DNA of 64,000 bases from a bacterium (GTDB lineage Bacteria; Patescibacteriota; CPR2; UBA1875; JAJYID01): contig JAJYLR010000002.1 in NCBI GenBank assembly GCA_021787535.1, positions 24,556 to 88,555 on the forward strand, given 5' to 3'. This document shows, one piece after another, positions 17,830-29,137 of the stretch. The position numbers were made by a program, and so were the translations under genes. The stretch's first letter is position 1, and each line of letters opens with the position of its first letter. Below the pieces are notes generated by a model. The model was not told where the DNA came from. It searched no databases and saw nothing but the letters and a program-made list of their open reading frames with translations.

Positions 17830-18941
17830 GATACTTTCTCCGCTTTTCCGCTTTCTATTTTGTAAATTAGGGCGGTTTTTCGCAAACTTTTATCAATATG
17901 GTCCAGGTCGGTTGTGGTCACTATGGTTTGCTGGCTATTAAAAGTCTTGGCTAAATGTCTTCTTCTTAATTCATCGAGCTCGCTAAAAACATCATCGAGA
18001 AGCAAAACCGGCCTTTCTCTTGTCTTTTCCTCTAGAAGCATGGCTTCGGATAGTTTAAGAGCCAAAATAACAGATCTAAGTTCGCCGCGGGAAGCAAAAG
18101 TTTCTGCATTTTTGCCTTGAAGGCGAAATGCAAAACCGTCCCGATGAGGTCCGGCCGTAGTGGCCTTTAGGGCTAGGTCTTTCTCTCGAGATTTAATGAG
18201 GGTTTTGAGCATGATAGCCCAAAAGTCTTCACCTGTTTTACCGTCTTTCCCGCCCCAAACAGCTGGGCTATACTCCAGCATCAAATCTTCTTTACCACCT
18301 GCTACCTTTTTGTAGTCACCGGCAAGGGTTTTATTTAACCCATCCGCGGCTTTGCGCCTTTCGCTGATAATTTTTGAACTATGCTCAGCCAGTTTACCAT
18401 CCCAGATTTCCAGTTCCCCCGCCTTTGCCCGGCCTTCTCCAATTTTACGCAGGAGTGCGTTCCTGTGCTCTAAGACCTTTCTGTAATTAATAAGCTCACG
18501 AGCGTATTCTTTATTTATCTGGGAAATGAAAATGTTGAAATGCCGCCGCCTCTCGGCCGGAAAGCCAAAAAACATATCAGTCTCGTCGGGAGAAAAGAAA
18601 ATGCATTTAAGCCCATCCAGGAGAGCGGAGCTGGCCTTCTTAACGCCGTTTATCTTGACTGTTTTCCTACCGCTGCCGGCATTTGCTTCGTAAATATACT
18701 CTATCTTGATTGGCTTCGCGTTTTCCGACTCCGCCTCAATGCGGAAAAATGTCTCATCCCAAAAAACCATGTCGCACTCTTTCCCCCGAAAAGACTTGCC
18801 TACCGATGTTAGATATATGGCCTCAAGCAAATTAGTCTTCCCTTGGGCGTTTGCACCGACCAAGATAGTATTTTTACCAAGCTTAATGTTAAGCTTCTTA
18901 TACGAACGGAAGTTTTGTAATTTTAGTGAATGAATTTGCAT
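17826..18941 (-). CDS. recF: DNA replication/repair protein RecF
   Basis: LQNFRSY, GANAQGKTNLLEAI, GPHRD, LLLDDVFSELD. Confidence 0.96.
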   Translation of the reverse strand: MQIHSLKLQNFRSYKKLNIKLGKNTILVGANAQGKTNLLEAIYLTSVGKSFRGKECDMVFWDETFFRIEAESENAKPIKIEYIYEANAGSGRKTVKINGVKKASSALLDGLKCIFFSPDETDMFFGFPAERRRHFNIFISQINKEYARELINYRKVLEHRNALLRKIGEGRAKAGELEIWDGKLAEHSSKIISERRKAADGLNKTLAGDYKKVAGGKEDLMLEYSPAVWGGKDGKTGEDFWAIMLKTLIKSREKDLALKATTAGPHRDGFAFRLQGKNAETFASRGELRSVILALKLSEAMLLEEKTRERPVLLLDDVFSELDELRRRHLAKTFNSQQTIVTTTDLDHIDKSLRKTALIYKIESGKAEKVS

Positions 18942-19034
18942 AAGATTAATTGTTGGAATTGTTAGATCGCTTTACTTGTGGGAATTGTTTAAAAATACAT
19001 TTCCTCATTTCCCACGCCTCCCACAATTTCCATG

Positions 19035-20141
19035 CTAATTTCTTAACGGCATAATGATATAAATATAACCTTTGTCGTTAGGGGTTCTAATTATGCCGGG
19101 GTTTAGTTTCCCGCTTATTTCAAAGCTGACTTCCTTTGCGCTTAAATTATTCAAAACATCTATAATATACTTTCCATTAAAGGAAGCTTCGCCGTCCTTG
19201 CCTTCAACATGCGCCTTAATTTTTGCTTTATTTTGGCCTACTTGGGAGCCCCCGGAATCCACCTCCAAAACTCCCTTGGATTTCATAGACACCTTTATAT
19301 TATTGGCATTTTCTCTGGCAAATAAGCTGGCAATCTTGACGGCAGTCAGAAGCTCCTCCTTTGGAACTATGGTTTTAGTATCTGAACTTTCTGGGATAAT
19401 CTGGCGGTAATTTGGAAACTGCCCTTCAATTAATCTAGAGATAAAGTCCAGCCCGTCTGTCTCAAAGAGAATCTGATTATCAGAGAGGTAGACGCCTACA
19501 TTTAAATCTTCTTTAAACTCTCCTAAAATACGAGCCAGCTCTAAAAGTGTTTTGGCCGGCAATATCAGCTCTTCTTTTTTGGTTTTGCCACTTTTTACAT
19601 TCACAACCTTTTCTGCGAGGCGGTAGCTATCTGTAGCAGCTAAAGTCACTTTAGAACCGTCGACTTTCAAGTACACCCCAGCAAGTACCGGCCTGGAATC
19701 ATCTATCGCTGCGGCAAAAGCTGCCAGTAAAATAGCTTTTCTTAAATCGGAAGATTTTATATCCATAACTTTTCCGGTTTTTATTTCCGGAATTAAAGGA
19801 AATTCATCTGCCGAGATACCTTTTATATTTGATTCATAATTTTCTGATTTGGATATAAGCGTATCCCCATTGAGTTCTAAAGTAATTTTTTCATTGGGAA
19901 GTGAATTTATAAATTCACTAAAAAGCCGAGCCGGAACAGTAATAGCGCCTTCACTATCAACTTTAGCCCCAAGACGATAATTAATTCCTACCTCAAGATT
20001 TGTGGCTGAAAGACACACTCTTCCTTTTTCTGTTTTAATAAGGATATTACCCAACACTTCCAAACTTCCCCGAGTTGAAACTATTCTGCTTATAATATTC
20101 AAACCCTTAGATAGATTTTCTTTAAGTAGGGTGACTTTCAT
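19035..20141 (-). CDS. dnaN: DNA polymerase III beta clamp
   Basis: SATNLE, ATDSYRLA, SRLIEGQFPNY, IIMPLR. Confidence 0.97.
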   Translation of the reverse strand: MKVTLLKENLSKGLNIISRIVSTRGSLEVLGNILIKTEKGRVCLSATNLEVGINYRLGAKVDSEGAITVPARLFSEFINSLPNEKITLELNGDTLISKSENYESNIKGISADEFPLIPEIKTGKVMDIKSSDLRKAILLAAFAAAIDDSRPVLAGVYLKVDGSKVTLAATDSYRLAEKVVNVKSGKTKKEELILPAKTLLELARILGEFKEDLNVGVYLSDNQILFETDGLDFISRLIEGQFPNYRQIIPESSDTKTIVPKEELLTAVKIASLFARENANNIKVSMKSKGVLEVDSGGSQVGQNKAKIKAHVEGKDGEASFNGKYIIDVLNNLSAKEVSFEISGKLNPGIIRTPNDKGYIYIIMPLRN

Positions 20142-20400
20142 TTTTCCTCACAATCTTATTAATTTTTTTATATAAATTTAGTATTAGTTTTTATAGTGTC
20201 TGTGTAAACTGTTTATAACCCGCTTTTTAAATTTATTTTTTATAATTTTTCCTGTGTTTTTCTTGGGATTTTATAAGCCGTTTTTATGGGGATGAAATGT
20301 AAGGGCTGTTGAAAATATTTTATCTTATCTTCTATTATCCTAAATTTATAATCAACATTTTCACCTTTTTTCCATAGAAAACATCATCTTTTCCACACCC
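20142..20400. other. oriC part 2 (dnaA-dnaN intergenic; candidate unwinding region)
   Basis: TTTTCCACA 20389-20397; degenerate boxes 20201-20218; TAG-TAT-TAG trio-like run and AT-rich tract next to the dnaN start. Confidence 0.7.
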
Positions 20401-21750
20401 TCAGCCGATATATAATCTCTCCCGGATTAAATTAATATTATGCCTGAGCGGTTCGTCTTTATCCATTTCTTTTTCAATTTTTGAACAAGCATGCATTGCG
20501 GTAGTATGGTCGTTCTTGCCGGCTTCTCTTGAAATCTTTGGATATGAGAGATTTAATTCTTCCCGCATCAGATACATGGCGATTTGGCGCGGCAAAACTA
20601 TCTCTTTATCCCTTTTTTTGCTTATCAGGTCGCTTGCGGGCAGATCAAAAAAGTCGGCCACGCTTGAGAGGATTTTTTTGCCGGTCAGGGCCTTTCTTTT
20701 AGGATTGGCAAGGAGACTGCCTAGTACATTTTGGGCCAAGGCCATATCCGGTTTTTTATTGTTTAGCTCGGCGTAAGCGATAATTCTATTTAAGGCCCCC
20801 TCAAGTTCGCGCACGTTATGCTGAATGTTTCTGGCAATGTAATCATAGATTTCGAGAGGCAACTCATGGCCGCGAAGATAAGCTTTTTTCTGCAAAATAG
20901 CTATTCGCGTTTCAATTTCCGGCGGCTGGATGTCAACCAAAAGCCCCCATTCAAACCGGGATCTAAGGCGCTCTTCCAGTGTTGGGATGGCTTTGGGCGG
21001 ACGGTCTGACGCTAGTACTACTTGTTTGTTTGCCTGGTGCAGGGCGTTAAAGGTATGAAAAAACTCTTCTTGAGTTTGTTCCTTGCCGCCTAAAAACTGA
21101 ATGTCATCGACAATTAAAACATCCACCTTTCTGTATTTGTTTTTAAAAGCATCTGTTTTTTTATCGAATATTGATTTTATAAGTTCGCTTGTAAATTTCT
21201 CGCTTGTGACATATTCTATTTTCTTTTTGGGATTTTTCTTTTTCAGCTCATTGCCAATAGCTTGTATGAGGTGGGTCTTGCCTAGCCCCACTCCGCCGTA
21301 TACAAACAAAGGGTTATAGGAGACACCCGGTTTTTTGGCTACGGATTGGCAGGCGGCCGTGGCCAGCTTGTTTGTTTCGCCGACGACAAAGCTTTCAAAA
21401 ACATATTTAGGGTTTAGATTATAGAGTACCTCGGGTGCGTCTGCAGCCGCGAAATCCAGCAACTCTTCTTTAGCCGTTTCCTTCATTTCCATTTTCAGCT
21501 TGTCAGCCCGCCCAACTTTGTAAGTTATTTTAGAAATAGGGCCAGCTATATGCTCTATGGTGGATTTAATCTCGGTGTTGTACTTATTTTCCAGCCACTC
21601 CTTAGTGAACACATTGGGCACGCTTATCACAACCTCGCCATTTTCCTGGGAAACAATATTCGTTCCCCTAAACCACGTGGTAAAGTTAGCCTTTGATAAG
21701 CTAAGTTCGAGTTCTCCCAGGGCTGCTTGCCACAAACTTTTATTATCCAT
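20401..21750 (-). CDS. dnaA: Chromosomal replication initiator DnaA
   Basis: YNPLFVYGGVGLGKTHL, IVDDIQF, EEFFHTFN, RLRSRFEWG, RELEGAL, DHTT; start placed at MDNK. Confidence 0.98.
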   Translation of the reverse strand: MDNKSLWQAALGELELSLSKANFTTWFRGTNIVSQENGEVVISVPNVFTKEWLENKYNTEIKSTIEHIAGPISKITYKVGRADKLKMEMKETAKEELLDFAAADAPEVLYNLNPKYVFESFVVGETNKLATAACQSVAKKPGVSYNPLFVYGGVGLGKTHLIQAIGNELKKKNPKKKIEYVTSEKFTSELIKSIFDKKTDAFKNKYRKVDVLIVDDIQFLGGKEQTQEEFFHTFNALHQANKQVVLASDRPPKAIPTLEERLRSRFEWGLLVDIQPPEIETRIAILQKKAYLRGHELPLEIYDYIARNIQHNVRELEGALNRIIAYAELNNKKPDMALAQNVLGSLLANPKRKALTGKKILSSVADFFDLPASDLISKKRDKEIVLPRQIAMYLMREELNLSYPKISREAGKNDHTTAMHACSKIEKEMDKDEPLRHNINLIRERLYIG

Positions 21751-21768
21751 AAAATATCTCTCCGCCAA

Positions 21769-22011
21769 ACTTTAAAGCGTTAGAAAAATAATGCCGTACT
21801 CGAAATCTTCGAGCCAGCCGCATCATTTATATTGCCAGTATGCGTTCATCCACCCCGCAGTAAGGGTATTATAGCCAAAAACTGAGTTATACACAAGGGG
21901 AATTTCGCAAAAAGATTTTTCCACATGGTTTTTGCTTGAGAGGCCGCTCCGATTGACCAAAGGATGATTTTACGCTAAACTTATATAACGTAAATAAAAA
22001 AAGGAAAAAGT
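21769..22011. other. oriC part 1 / divergent dnaA-rpmH promoter region
   Basis: DnaA boxes TTATACACA 21887-21895 and TTTTCCACA 21917-21925. Confidence 0.65.
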
Positions 22012-22146
22012 ATGAAAAGAACCTTCCAGCCCAAAAAGGCCAAAAGGAAAAAGAGACACGGTTTTCTAAAGAGAATGTCTGCTGCGTCCGGTCGCAATGT
22101 TTTAAAGAGAAGGCGCGAAAAAGGCAGGAGCCGCCTCGCGGCCTAG
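22012..22146 (+). CDS. rpmH: 50S ribosomal protein L34 (not in ORF track)
   Basis: Manual translation [44 protein letters not shown]. Confidence 0.97.
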   Translation: MKRTFQPKKAKRKKRHGFLKRMSAASGRNVLKRRREKGRSRLAA

Positions 22147-22154
22147 GGGTTAAT

Positions 22155-22496
22155 ATGCTGCCAAAGGAGAAAAGGCTGGTTAAGAGCCGCGACTTTGATC
22201 GAGTCTATCAAAAAGGCAAAAGGCTTCATTCGAAGTCTTTTAATCTTAGCTACTATTCCAATCGGACGCATGTCACGAGAATAGGAGTCGTCGCCGGCAA
22301 AAAATATTCCAAAAAAGCCGTTGCCAGGAACAAAGCAAAAAGAGTGATCAGGGCGGTAGTGCAAGATGAGTATGGAATGTTAAAAGAGGGCTTAGATGTG
22401 GTAATATTCGTTAAAAATACAGGCGCGGAGCTCGGGACATCTTCTTTTAGGAGAGAATGGGGCGAGATACTTGCAAAAGGAGGGCTCAAAAAATGA
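22155..22496 (+). CDS. rnpA: Ribonuclease P protein component
   Basis: [22 protein letters not shown]; synteny. Confidence 0.93.
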   Translation: MLPKEKRLVKSRDFDRVYQKGKRLHSKSFNLSYYSNRTHVTRIGVVAGKKYSKKAVARNKAKRVIRAVVQDEYGMLKEGLDVVIFVKNTGAELGTSSFRREWGEILAKGGLKK

Positions 22497-22726
22497 GAAA
22501 GCCATTTCTTGCCTTAATACGGCTTTACCAAAAAACTCTCTCGCCGGATCATGGGCCTTTGAGCGCCAAATTTCCGCACGGCTACTGCCGGTTTCAGCCC
22601 ACCTGCAGCCAGTATACCTATGAAGCAATCGAAAAATACGGTATTATAAAAGGCGGACTTATGGGTTCGTGGCGAATTCTGCGCTGCAACCCCTTTTCGA
22701 AAGGGGGAGAGGATCCGGTAAAATGA
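22493..22726 (+). CDS. yidD: Membrane protein insertion efficiency factor
   Basis: [33 protein letters not shown]. Confidence 0.95.
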   Translation: MRKPFLALIRLYQKTLSPDHGPLSAKFPHGYCRFQPTCSQYTYEAIEKYGIIKGGLMGSWRILRCNPFSKGGEDPVK

Positions 22727-22893
22727 CTAATGCCCAATATCCAATGACCAATAAAATCCCAACTTGAAAATTAATTGACTGAAACATTTATTGGAAATTT
22801 CAATAGAAAAAGTTTAAGACATTTGAATTTAGGATTTATAATTTGTTTCAGATTTCGGATTTAGAGATTAGGATTTAACAACGAAGGAGTTAA

Positions 22894-23676
22894 ATGGGAA
22901 ATATATTTAATACACTTATCACACAACCGCTTTTAAACCTGTCAATATTTCTGTATAGCATTATGCCGGGTTGGGATTTCGGTTTGGCTATCATTGCCAT
23001 CACGGTTGTTATCAGGGCTGTTCTATGGCCGCTTTCGGCCAAGTCGCTGCACAGCCAGAAGGCCCTGAAAGCTTTGCAGCCTGAAATTGATAAAATTAAA
23101 AAGCGAAACAAAAACAATCCCCAGGCGCTGCAAAAAGCCATGACCGAGCTGTATAAAGAAAAGGAAATCAGTCCGTTTTCTTCCTGTTTGCCGACTTTGC
23201 TGCAGTTTCCTATTCTTATCGGGCTCTACTGGGTGTTTGTGAAGTTTAAAGACCCTGCTTTTATCCAAGTTGCAGATACCTCCAAAAGCTTTATTGCCCA
23301 ACTTTATCCCTGGGTAAAAAGCTTCCCAACTGTCAAATCAGTCATTGTGGCCGATGGCTCTCTTCACACAAGTTTTCTCGGCATTGTAAATCTGGCCAAG
23401 CCCAATATCATACTGGCAATTATTGCCGGAGCCGTTCAGTTTTTGCAGACTAAGCTGATGACGCCCAACACGGCGCAAGATCCGACCCAAAAAATGATGG
23501 CCAATATGGTTTATATATTTCCCTTGGTTACTATTTTAATTTCCTTGAGTTTGCCTGCCGCTCTTCCGCTTTATTGGACGGCTTCTACCGGCATCGCCGC
23601 CTACCAGCAATGGCTGATTATGAACAAGGAAGTAACATTGCTTGAACACCTGCGGCTTAAAAAGCCGAAATCCTAA
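22894..23676 (+). CDS. yidC: YidC/Oxa1 membrane insertase
   Basis: GLAIIAITVVIR..LQPEI..SCLPTLLQFPILI..LYW. Confidence 0.93.
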   Translation: MGNIFNTLITQPLLNLSIFLYSIMPGWDFGLAIIAITVVIRAVLWPLSAKSLHSQKALKALQPEIDKIKKRNKNNPQALQKAMTELYKEKEISPFSSCLPTLLQFPILIGLYWVFVKFKDPAFIQVADTSKSFIAQLYPWVKSFPTVKSVIVADGSLHTSFLGIVNLAKPNIILAIIAGAVQFLQTKLMTPNTAQDPTQKMMANMVYIFPLVTILISLSLPAALPLYWTASTGIAAYQQWLIMNKEVTLLEHLRLKKPKS

Positions 23677-23812
23677 GCGAGAAATCCCTGCTTTGCCGGC
23701 AGGCAGGCGAGACAATGTCAGAATTCAAATATTTAAAGAAGGCAATGAAATTATGAAATTTAAAATTAAGATATTAGAGCTTGTTAGCATTTAGAAATTA
23801 GAGATTAATACC

Positions 23813-24274
23813 ATGGCAAATATTAGCGTCAGCACAATTAAAAAGGTCAAAGAGCAAGCAGACCGAATGCTCTCCCTGCTTGGGGTTGACGCAAATACAA
23901 ACGTTTCAGCCCAGGAAGGAAGAGTAAAGATTGAAATCGTATCTGCGGATAAAGCCCTTTTAATCGGTTATCGCGGAGAAAACCTGTTTGCCCTTAGATA
24001 TATGATGGCGCTTGTGGCAAGAGAACTGCTTCCGGAAGGCACTTCCCTGGCTGTAGATGTTGGCGGCTACTTAAAAGATAAGGAAAAAAGAATTGAGAAT
24101 ATGGTAGATGTGGCTGCGAAAAAAGCCAAAGAAACAGGGATGGAAGAAATGCTGCCGCCGATGAATGCTTATGAAAGGATGCTAGCCCACCAAAGAGCAT
24201 CAAAAATAACCGGAGTTACCAGTTATTCTGAAGGTGCCGGAAGCGAAAGAAGAATTTTTATAACTAAAGGATGA
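23813..24274 (+). CDS. jag: Jag/KhpB-like KH + R3H RNA-binding protein
   Basis: LLIGYRGENL, PPMNAYERMLAH, SYSEG. Confidence 0.85.
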   Translation: MANISVSTIKKVKEQADRMLSLLGVDANTNVSAQEGRVKIEIVSADKALLIGYRGENLFALRYMMALVARELLPEGTSLAVDVGGYLKDKEKRIENMVDVAAKKAKETGMEEMLPPMNAYERMLAHQRASKITGVTSYSEGAGSERRIFITKG

Positions 24275-25164
24275 ATCTCCAAATGCAGGGTGTAAAAGTT
24301 AAAAAAGCAATTTTGCCGGTAGCCGGGTTTGGCACCAGATTTTTGCCGGCCACAAAAGCGATGCCGAAGGAAATGCTACCCATAGTTGACAAGCCGGTAA
24401 TCCAGTATTTGGTCGAAGAGGCGGTAAACTCAGGGATAGAGGAAATCATCTTTGTTACAGGGCGAGGGAAACGCGCCATTGAGGATCATTTTGATATTTC
24501 ATACGAGCTGGAAGATACACTGGTCGAAAAGAATAAAAAAGATCTACTTGCCTCGGTCCAGGATATACCGACGCTTGCCAAGTTTTCTTATGTGCGCCAG
24601 TCGCTGCCGCTTGGCGACGGCCATGCCATCTTGCAGGCCGCCCATCTTTTAAATGGCGAGCCGGCCCTTGTAATCTTCGGCGATTGTCTTTATGATAGCG
24701 AAGTCCCGGCCTCCAAACAGCTGATTGACGCATTTGAAAAATACGGCGATTCAATCATAGGGCTCAGTGAAGTGCCAAGAGAGGAAGTAAAAAAATTTGG
24801 CGTCATTGACGGCAAAGAGATCGAAGCCGGTATTTATGACGTTAAGCAGGTAGTTGAAAAACCGGAACCCAAAGATGCACCGACCAATCTGGTGGCTGTC
24901 GGGAAATATATAATTACCAAAGACGTTCTTGATACTTTAGCGGGGATGGAATCCGGCAAATCCGGCGAGATCCGCCTGGCCGATGCTTTTGATATAATGC
25001 TGGCATCCGGTAAATCCATTTATGGCAAGGTGCTGGACGGCGAGTGGCTAGATACAGGAACCAAGCTCAACTTTTTGAAAGCCACTGTCAAAATGGCCTT
25101 AAAGCATGACAAATTGCAAAGTGACTTTAAAAAGTTTTTAAAAGAGGTAACAAAGGAGCAATAA
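24271..25164 (+). CDS. galU: UTP-glucose-1-phosphate uridylyltransferase
   Basis: KAILPVAGFGTRFLPATKAMPKEMLPIVDKP. Confidence 0.95.
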   Translation: MNLQMQGVKVKKAILPVAGFGTRFLPATKAMPKEMLPIVDKPVIQYLVEEAVNSGIEEIIFVTGRGKRAIEDHFDISYELEDTLVEKNKKDLLASVQDIPTLAKFSYVRQSLPLGDGHAILQAAHLLNGEPALVIFGDCLYDSEVPASKQLIDAFEKYGDSIIGLSEVPREEVKKFGVIDGKEIEAGIYDVKQVVEKPEPKDAPTNLVAVGKYIITKDVLDTLAGMESGKSGEIRLADAFDIMLASGKSIYGKVLDGEWLDTGTKLNFLKATVKMALKHDKLQSDFKKFLKEVTKEQ

Positions 25165-25919
25165 TGAAAGGAATAATCCTTGCTGGAGGGAAGGCAACTC
25201 GGCTAAGGCCGCTAACCAAAGTCATCACCAAACAGCTCTTGCCAGTTTATAACAAGCCGATGATCTACTACCCCATCGAAACTCTAGTCGGCGCCGGTAT
25301 TAAAGATATTTTAATAATTGTCGCGCCCGAACATGCCGGCAACTTCATGAATATGCTTGGTTCCGGCAGAGACTTTGATGCCAAGTTCAGCTACGAAATC
25401 CAAGATGAACCGCGAGGATTAGCCGATGCTTTCATTGTAGGAGAAAACTTTATTGGCAGTGATGATGTTACTCTTGTCTTGGGTGATAATATTTTTGATT
25501 ATGATTTCACTGATCACATCAAGTCATTTAAAAAAGGAGCCACTATTTACGCCAAAGAGGTGCATGACCCGGAAAGATATGGTGTGGTTGAGTTTGACGA
25601 ACAGATGAATGTCATTTCTATAGAGGAAAAACCGGCAAAGCCAAAGTCCAACTTTGCCGTTGTTGGTTTATATACTTATGATAATCGTGTGATTGAGTAT
25701 GCAAAGGGATTAAACCCTTCTGATAGGGGTGAGATTGAAATCACTGATCTTAACAATGTTTATCTGAAAAAAGGCGAAATGAAAGTAAACATAATTGACG
25801 GTATCTATGAGGACGCAGGAACCTTTGACAGCTTGCTGCGGGCCGGTAATATCATGGCCGAAAAAGCCACCTCTTCTTGTCATTCCCGCGAAGGCGGGAA
25901 ACTGGAGAGTAAAAAATGA
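25164..25919 (+). CDS. rmlA: Glucose-1-phosphate thymidylyltransferase (short form)
   Basis: GIILAGG.ATRLRP.T....KQLLPVYNKPMIYYP, RGEIEITD. Confidence 0.92.
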   Translation: MKGIILAGGKATRLRPLTKVITKQLLPVYNKPMIYYPIETLVGAGIKDILIIVAPEHAGNFMNMLGSGRDFDAKFSYEIQDEPRGLADAFIVGENFIGSDDVTLVLGDNIFDYDFTDHIKSFKKGATIYAKEVHDPERYGVVEFDEQMNVISIEEKPAKPKSNFAVVGLYTYDNRVIEYAKGLNPSDRGEIEITDLNNVYLKKGEMKVNIIDGIYEDAGTFDSLLRAGNIMAEKATSSCHSREGGKLESKK

Positions 25920-26923
25920 AAATACTTGTAACAGGTGGTGCCGGCTTCATTGGCTCTAATTTTATCTATTGGGTTTTAAAAAATAGAGATTGGGAAATCA
26001 TAAATCTAGACAAACTGACATACGCCGGTAATCTAGAAAATCTAAAGGGTATAGAAAACGATCCACGATACAACTTTGTGCAGGGTGATGTCTGTGATTC
26101 GCACACTGTTAATGAACTCATGGCAAAGGTGGACTGTGTAGTACATTTTGCCGCCGAATCTCACGTTGACCGTTCGGTTCTTGAGCCGGCCGTTTTTGTA
26201 GAGACTAATGTGGTTGGCACACAAGTGCTTCTGCAGGCAGCCCTCGAAAATAAAATTAAAAAATTTCATCATGTCTCAACCGATGAAGTCTTTGGCGCGC
26301 TCGAGCTTGATGGCAGCAAAAAGTTTAATGAGGAAACACCCTACAACCCGCACAGCCCTTATTCCGCTTCCAAGGCAGCGTCTGACCACCTAGTCAGAGC
26401 TTACGGCGACACTTTTGGCCTCGAGTATACCATTACTAACTGCTCTAATAACTATGGCCCGTACCAGTTTCCGGAAAAAATCATTCCTCTTTTTGTAACC
26501 AATGCTCAGGAAGATAAATCTTTGCCGATTTACGGCGATGGTAAGGCGGTTCGTGACTATCTATACGTTGATGATCATTGCGAGGCGATTGCTTTGGTTT
26601 TGGAGAATGGCAAGGCAGGGGAAACTTATTGTGTCGGCGGTGACAGTGAGAAAAACGGCATTGAGATGGCCGAAACCATTCTAAAAGCGCTTGGTAAGCC
26701 GAAAAGTCTCATGACATTTGTCAAAGACCGGCCGGGGCATGATCGCAGGTACGCCATAGACCACTCTAAAATCACCAAAGAGCTTGGCTGGAAACCGCGA
26801 GTCACATTTGAGGAAGGAATTGCCAAAACTATTCAGTGGAATCTGGATAATAAAGGATGGGTCGAAAATATCTTAAGCGGCGAATATCAGAAATATTATG
26901 AAAAGCAGTACGGAGCGAGGTAA
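25916..26923 (+). CDS. rmlB: dTDP-glucose 4,6-dehydratase
   Basis: [43 protein letters not shown]. Confidence 0.96.
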   Translation: MKILVTGGAGFIGSNFIYWVLKNRDWEIINLDKLTYAGNLENLKGIENDPRYNFVQGDVCDSHTVNELMAKVDCVVHFAAESHVDRSVLEPAVFVETNVVGTQVLLQAALENKIKKFHHVSTDEVFGALELDGSKKFNEETPYNPHSPYSASKAASDHLVRAYGDTFGLEYTITNCSNNYGPYQFPEKIIPLFVTNAQEDKSLPIYGDGKAVRDYLYVDDHCEAIALVLENGKAGETYCVGGDSEKNGIEMAETILKALGKPKSLMTFVKDRPGHDRRYAIDHSKITKELGWKPRVTFEEGIAKTIQWNLDNKGWVENILSGEYQKYYEKQYGAR

Positions 26924-27096
26924 TGAACAGCAAGCTTTTAGTTACAGGTGGAGCAGGTTATATCGGCAGCCATGTTATAAGGCAGCTTTTGGATGCCGGT
27001 TATAATGTGAAGGTTTTTGACTCTTTAGAAAACGGACCACACAGAATAAAAACTTTAAAAAGTCTTAAAATGATGTGCCCAACGGGTAGTAATTAA
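26923..27096 (+). pseudogene. galE: Truncated GalE-like NAD-dependent epimerase (N-terminus only)
   Basis: [38 protein letters not shown], then unrelated sequence and a stop after 57 codons. Confidence 0.8.
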
Positions 27097-29137
27097 TTTC
27101 AGTATTGTTCACAAGAATAATATTATTCCAATCATAATTTAAAAAACAGAAAACTTCTGGTGAGCTAATCCATCGCTTTTGTCCGTTCTCAAGAACGTAA
27201 ACTGGGGGATCACTCCCTTTCAAAAGGGTTCCATCGGGATAATGCATGTCTGAAGCAGAAGAATAAGAGGATATCTCAGATGGAGAAATTACCACTATAT
27301 TCCTCCAAAAAAACTGAGAATTGAAAATATTCGGATCCCCAATCCATCTTTTTTGACCATTGCTAATTAAATAGACATTTGGATTATCTACTGCTTTCAC
27401 TAAGGTACTATTGGGGTGTAGCGCGGTGTTTGTAACATTTTCACCAGATGGATAGTATGCAACCTCTGCGTCCGAAGTATATACGAGGTTATCCCAGTTG
27501 TATCCAAGACTATTAAAGACATCAGGACTGGTAATCCATCGCTTTTGTCCATTCTCAAGAACGTAAACCTGTTGAGTGCTACCCTTGATTAATGTTCCAT
27601 CTGGGAAATGTAGAGAAGGTCCATCACTATATCCTTTGATTCTGCCCTCTGATACTGTTAAAACTCTTTCTGACTTAAGATTTAACCTGAAAAATTGAGG
27701 ATCTCCAACCCATCTTTTTTGACCATTGCTAATTAAATAGACATTTGGATTATCTGGAGACTTTACAAGAGTTCCATTTGGATTGAATTTGTTATTATAG
27801 TTTAACGAACTTCTTATATCCATTCTTCCAAAACCATATTCAAATGAGAAGTTACCATCAGGGATTTGTAATTTTTCTCCGGAAGATATAATCATGTCCA
27901 TGATTTCATTGTTTGTTGAACTTGGAAACTCAGAAAAAAGCAAACTTGCTTCGCCGGTTACCTCTGGTGCTGCTAACGATGTTCCATCGGCGGTAGCATA
28001 ACTATTTGTAGTATAGGTATTACCTTGCCAAGTAGTTGAAGAAGACAAGATATTAACTCCAGGAGCCATAACATCAAGTTCTGGACCATAGTTTGAACCC
28101 CAACCATAGTTAGCTGTAGTAACCCTCCTATCTTGATTATCTGTAGCACCAACTGCAATTACATCTGAGTAGGCGGCTGGATAATCCACACCCTGAATAT
28201 CATCATTTCCTGCAGCAGCCACTAAAACAACCCCCTTCCCATAAGCATAATTGATTGCATTTTCCAAAATAGTATCGGGTCCTTGTGATTGTAATTCTCC
28301 AAAACTCATATTAATAACCTTTGCACCATTGTCAGCCGCATACTCAAGAGCTAAGGCAACCTTATCGCTGGTACCACTACCATTATTGTCCAGACATCTT
28401 ACCGGCATAATTTTGGCATTCCAATCAATACCAGTAATACCTTTACTGTTGTTGGCATTCGCAGCAATCACTCCAGCTACTAGGGTACCGTGCATATAAG
28501 CAGATCCACCCCCACTTGCCGGAGAAGGATCGTTGTTACCGTCAACAAAATTCCAACCATATTTATCGTCAACATAACCATTATTATCATCATCAACACC
28601 TGATACGCCATTCACTTCTTTGGTATTTTGCCAGATTCGTCCAGTAAATTCTTCATGTATTGGATGCGCACTATCCATACCAACGTTTATCCCCGTATCA
28701 AGTACTGCGACAGTAACAGAGTTACTACCTGTTGCTCCGGTAGCCCATGCTTGGTCTGCCGTTATCTTTGGAATGTTCCACTGGTTTGTATAAAGAGGAT
28801 CATTAATAACTGCTGTAGCATTATAGTGCTTTATAGGCTGCTTATTGTTAATAAGTAAGGGTTCAGTAATAAGGCCCAGAATGCTGACATTTTTTCTGCG
28901 AATCTTATATAGACCAGGTGAAGATTTTAGCTTGAGAGCTTGAACATCATAACCTTCATTTTTTAGAGTTTGTATGTTCTGAGGGGCTATTTTGCCAAAG
29001 AATGTGGTTTGGTAACTACCTGCAAAAGTTTTATCATACAAGAACAAACAAAAAAAGAAAATGCAGAGCAAAATAAGGGTTTTTTTATAATTAAATAATT
29101 TTAAAATCTTTGTTGACATAAACATTATTAATGACAA
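27065..29137 (-). CDS. Secreted S8 subtilisin-like protease with four C-terminal repeats
   Basis: Triad VLDTG / HGTLVAG / GTSLAAP; repeats GTL(V/I)K....VY...NGQKRW; true start probably slightly shorter. Confidence 0.92.
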   Translation of the reverse strand: MSLIMFMSTKILKLFNYKKTLILLCIFFFCLFLYDKTFAGSYQTTFFGKIAPQNIQTLKNEGYDVQALKLKSSPGLYKIRRKNVSILGLITEPLLINNKQPIKHYNATAVINDPLYTNQWNIPKITADQAWATGATGSNSVTVAVLDTGINVGMDSAHPIHEEFTGRIWQNTKEVNGVSGVDDDNNGYVDDKYGWNFVDGNNDPSPASGGGSAYMHGTLVAGVIAANANNSKGITGIDWNAKIMPVRCLDNNGSGTSDKVALALEYAADNGAKVINMSFGELQSQGPDTILENAINYAYGKGVVLVAAAGNDDIQGVDYPAAYSDVIAVGATDNQDRRVTTANYGWGSNYGPELDVMAPGVNILSSSTTWQGNTYTTNSYATADGTSLAAPEVTGEASLLFSEFPSSTNNEIMDMIISSGEKLQIPDGNFSFEYGFGRMDIRSSLNYNNKFNPNGTLVKSPDNPNVYLISNGQKRWVGDPQFFRLNLKSERVLTVSEGRIKGYSDGPSLHFPDGTLIKGSTQQVYVLENGQKRWITSPDVFNSLGYNWDNLVYTSDAEVAYYPSGENVTNTALHPNSTLVKAVDNPNVYLISNGQKRWIGDPNIFNSQFFWRNIVVISPSEISSYSSASDMHYPDGTLLKGSDPPVYVLENGQKRWISSPEVFCFLNYDWNNIILVNNTEINYYPLGTSF

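Noticed and set aside
27170-27760. Direct DNA repeats as a possible CRISPR array or DGR template/variable pair
   Set aside because: They are in-frame protein domain repeats; no spacers, cas genes or reverse transcriptase
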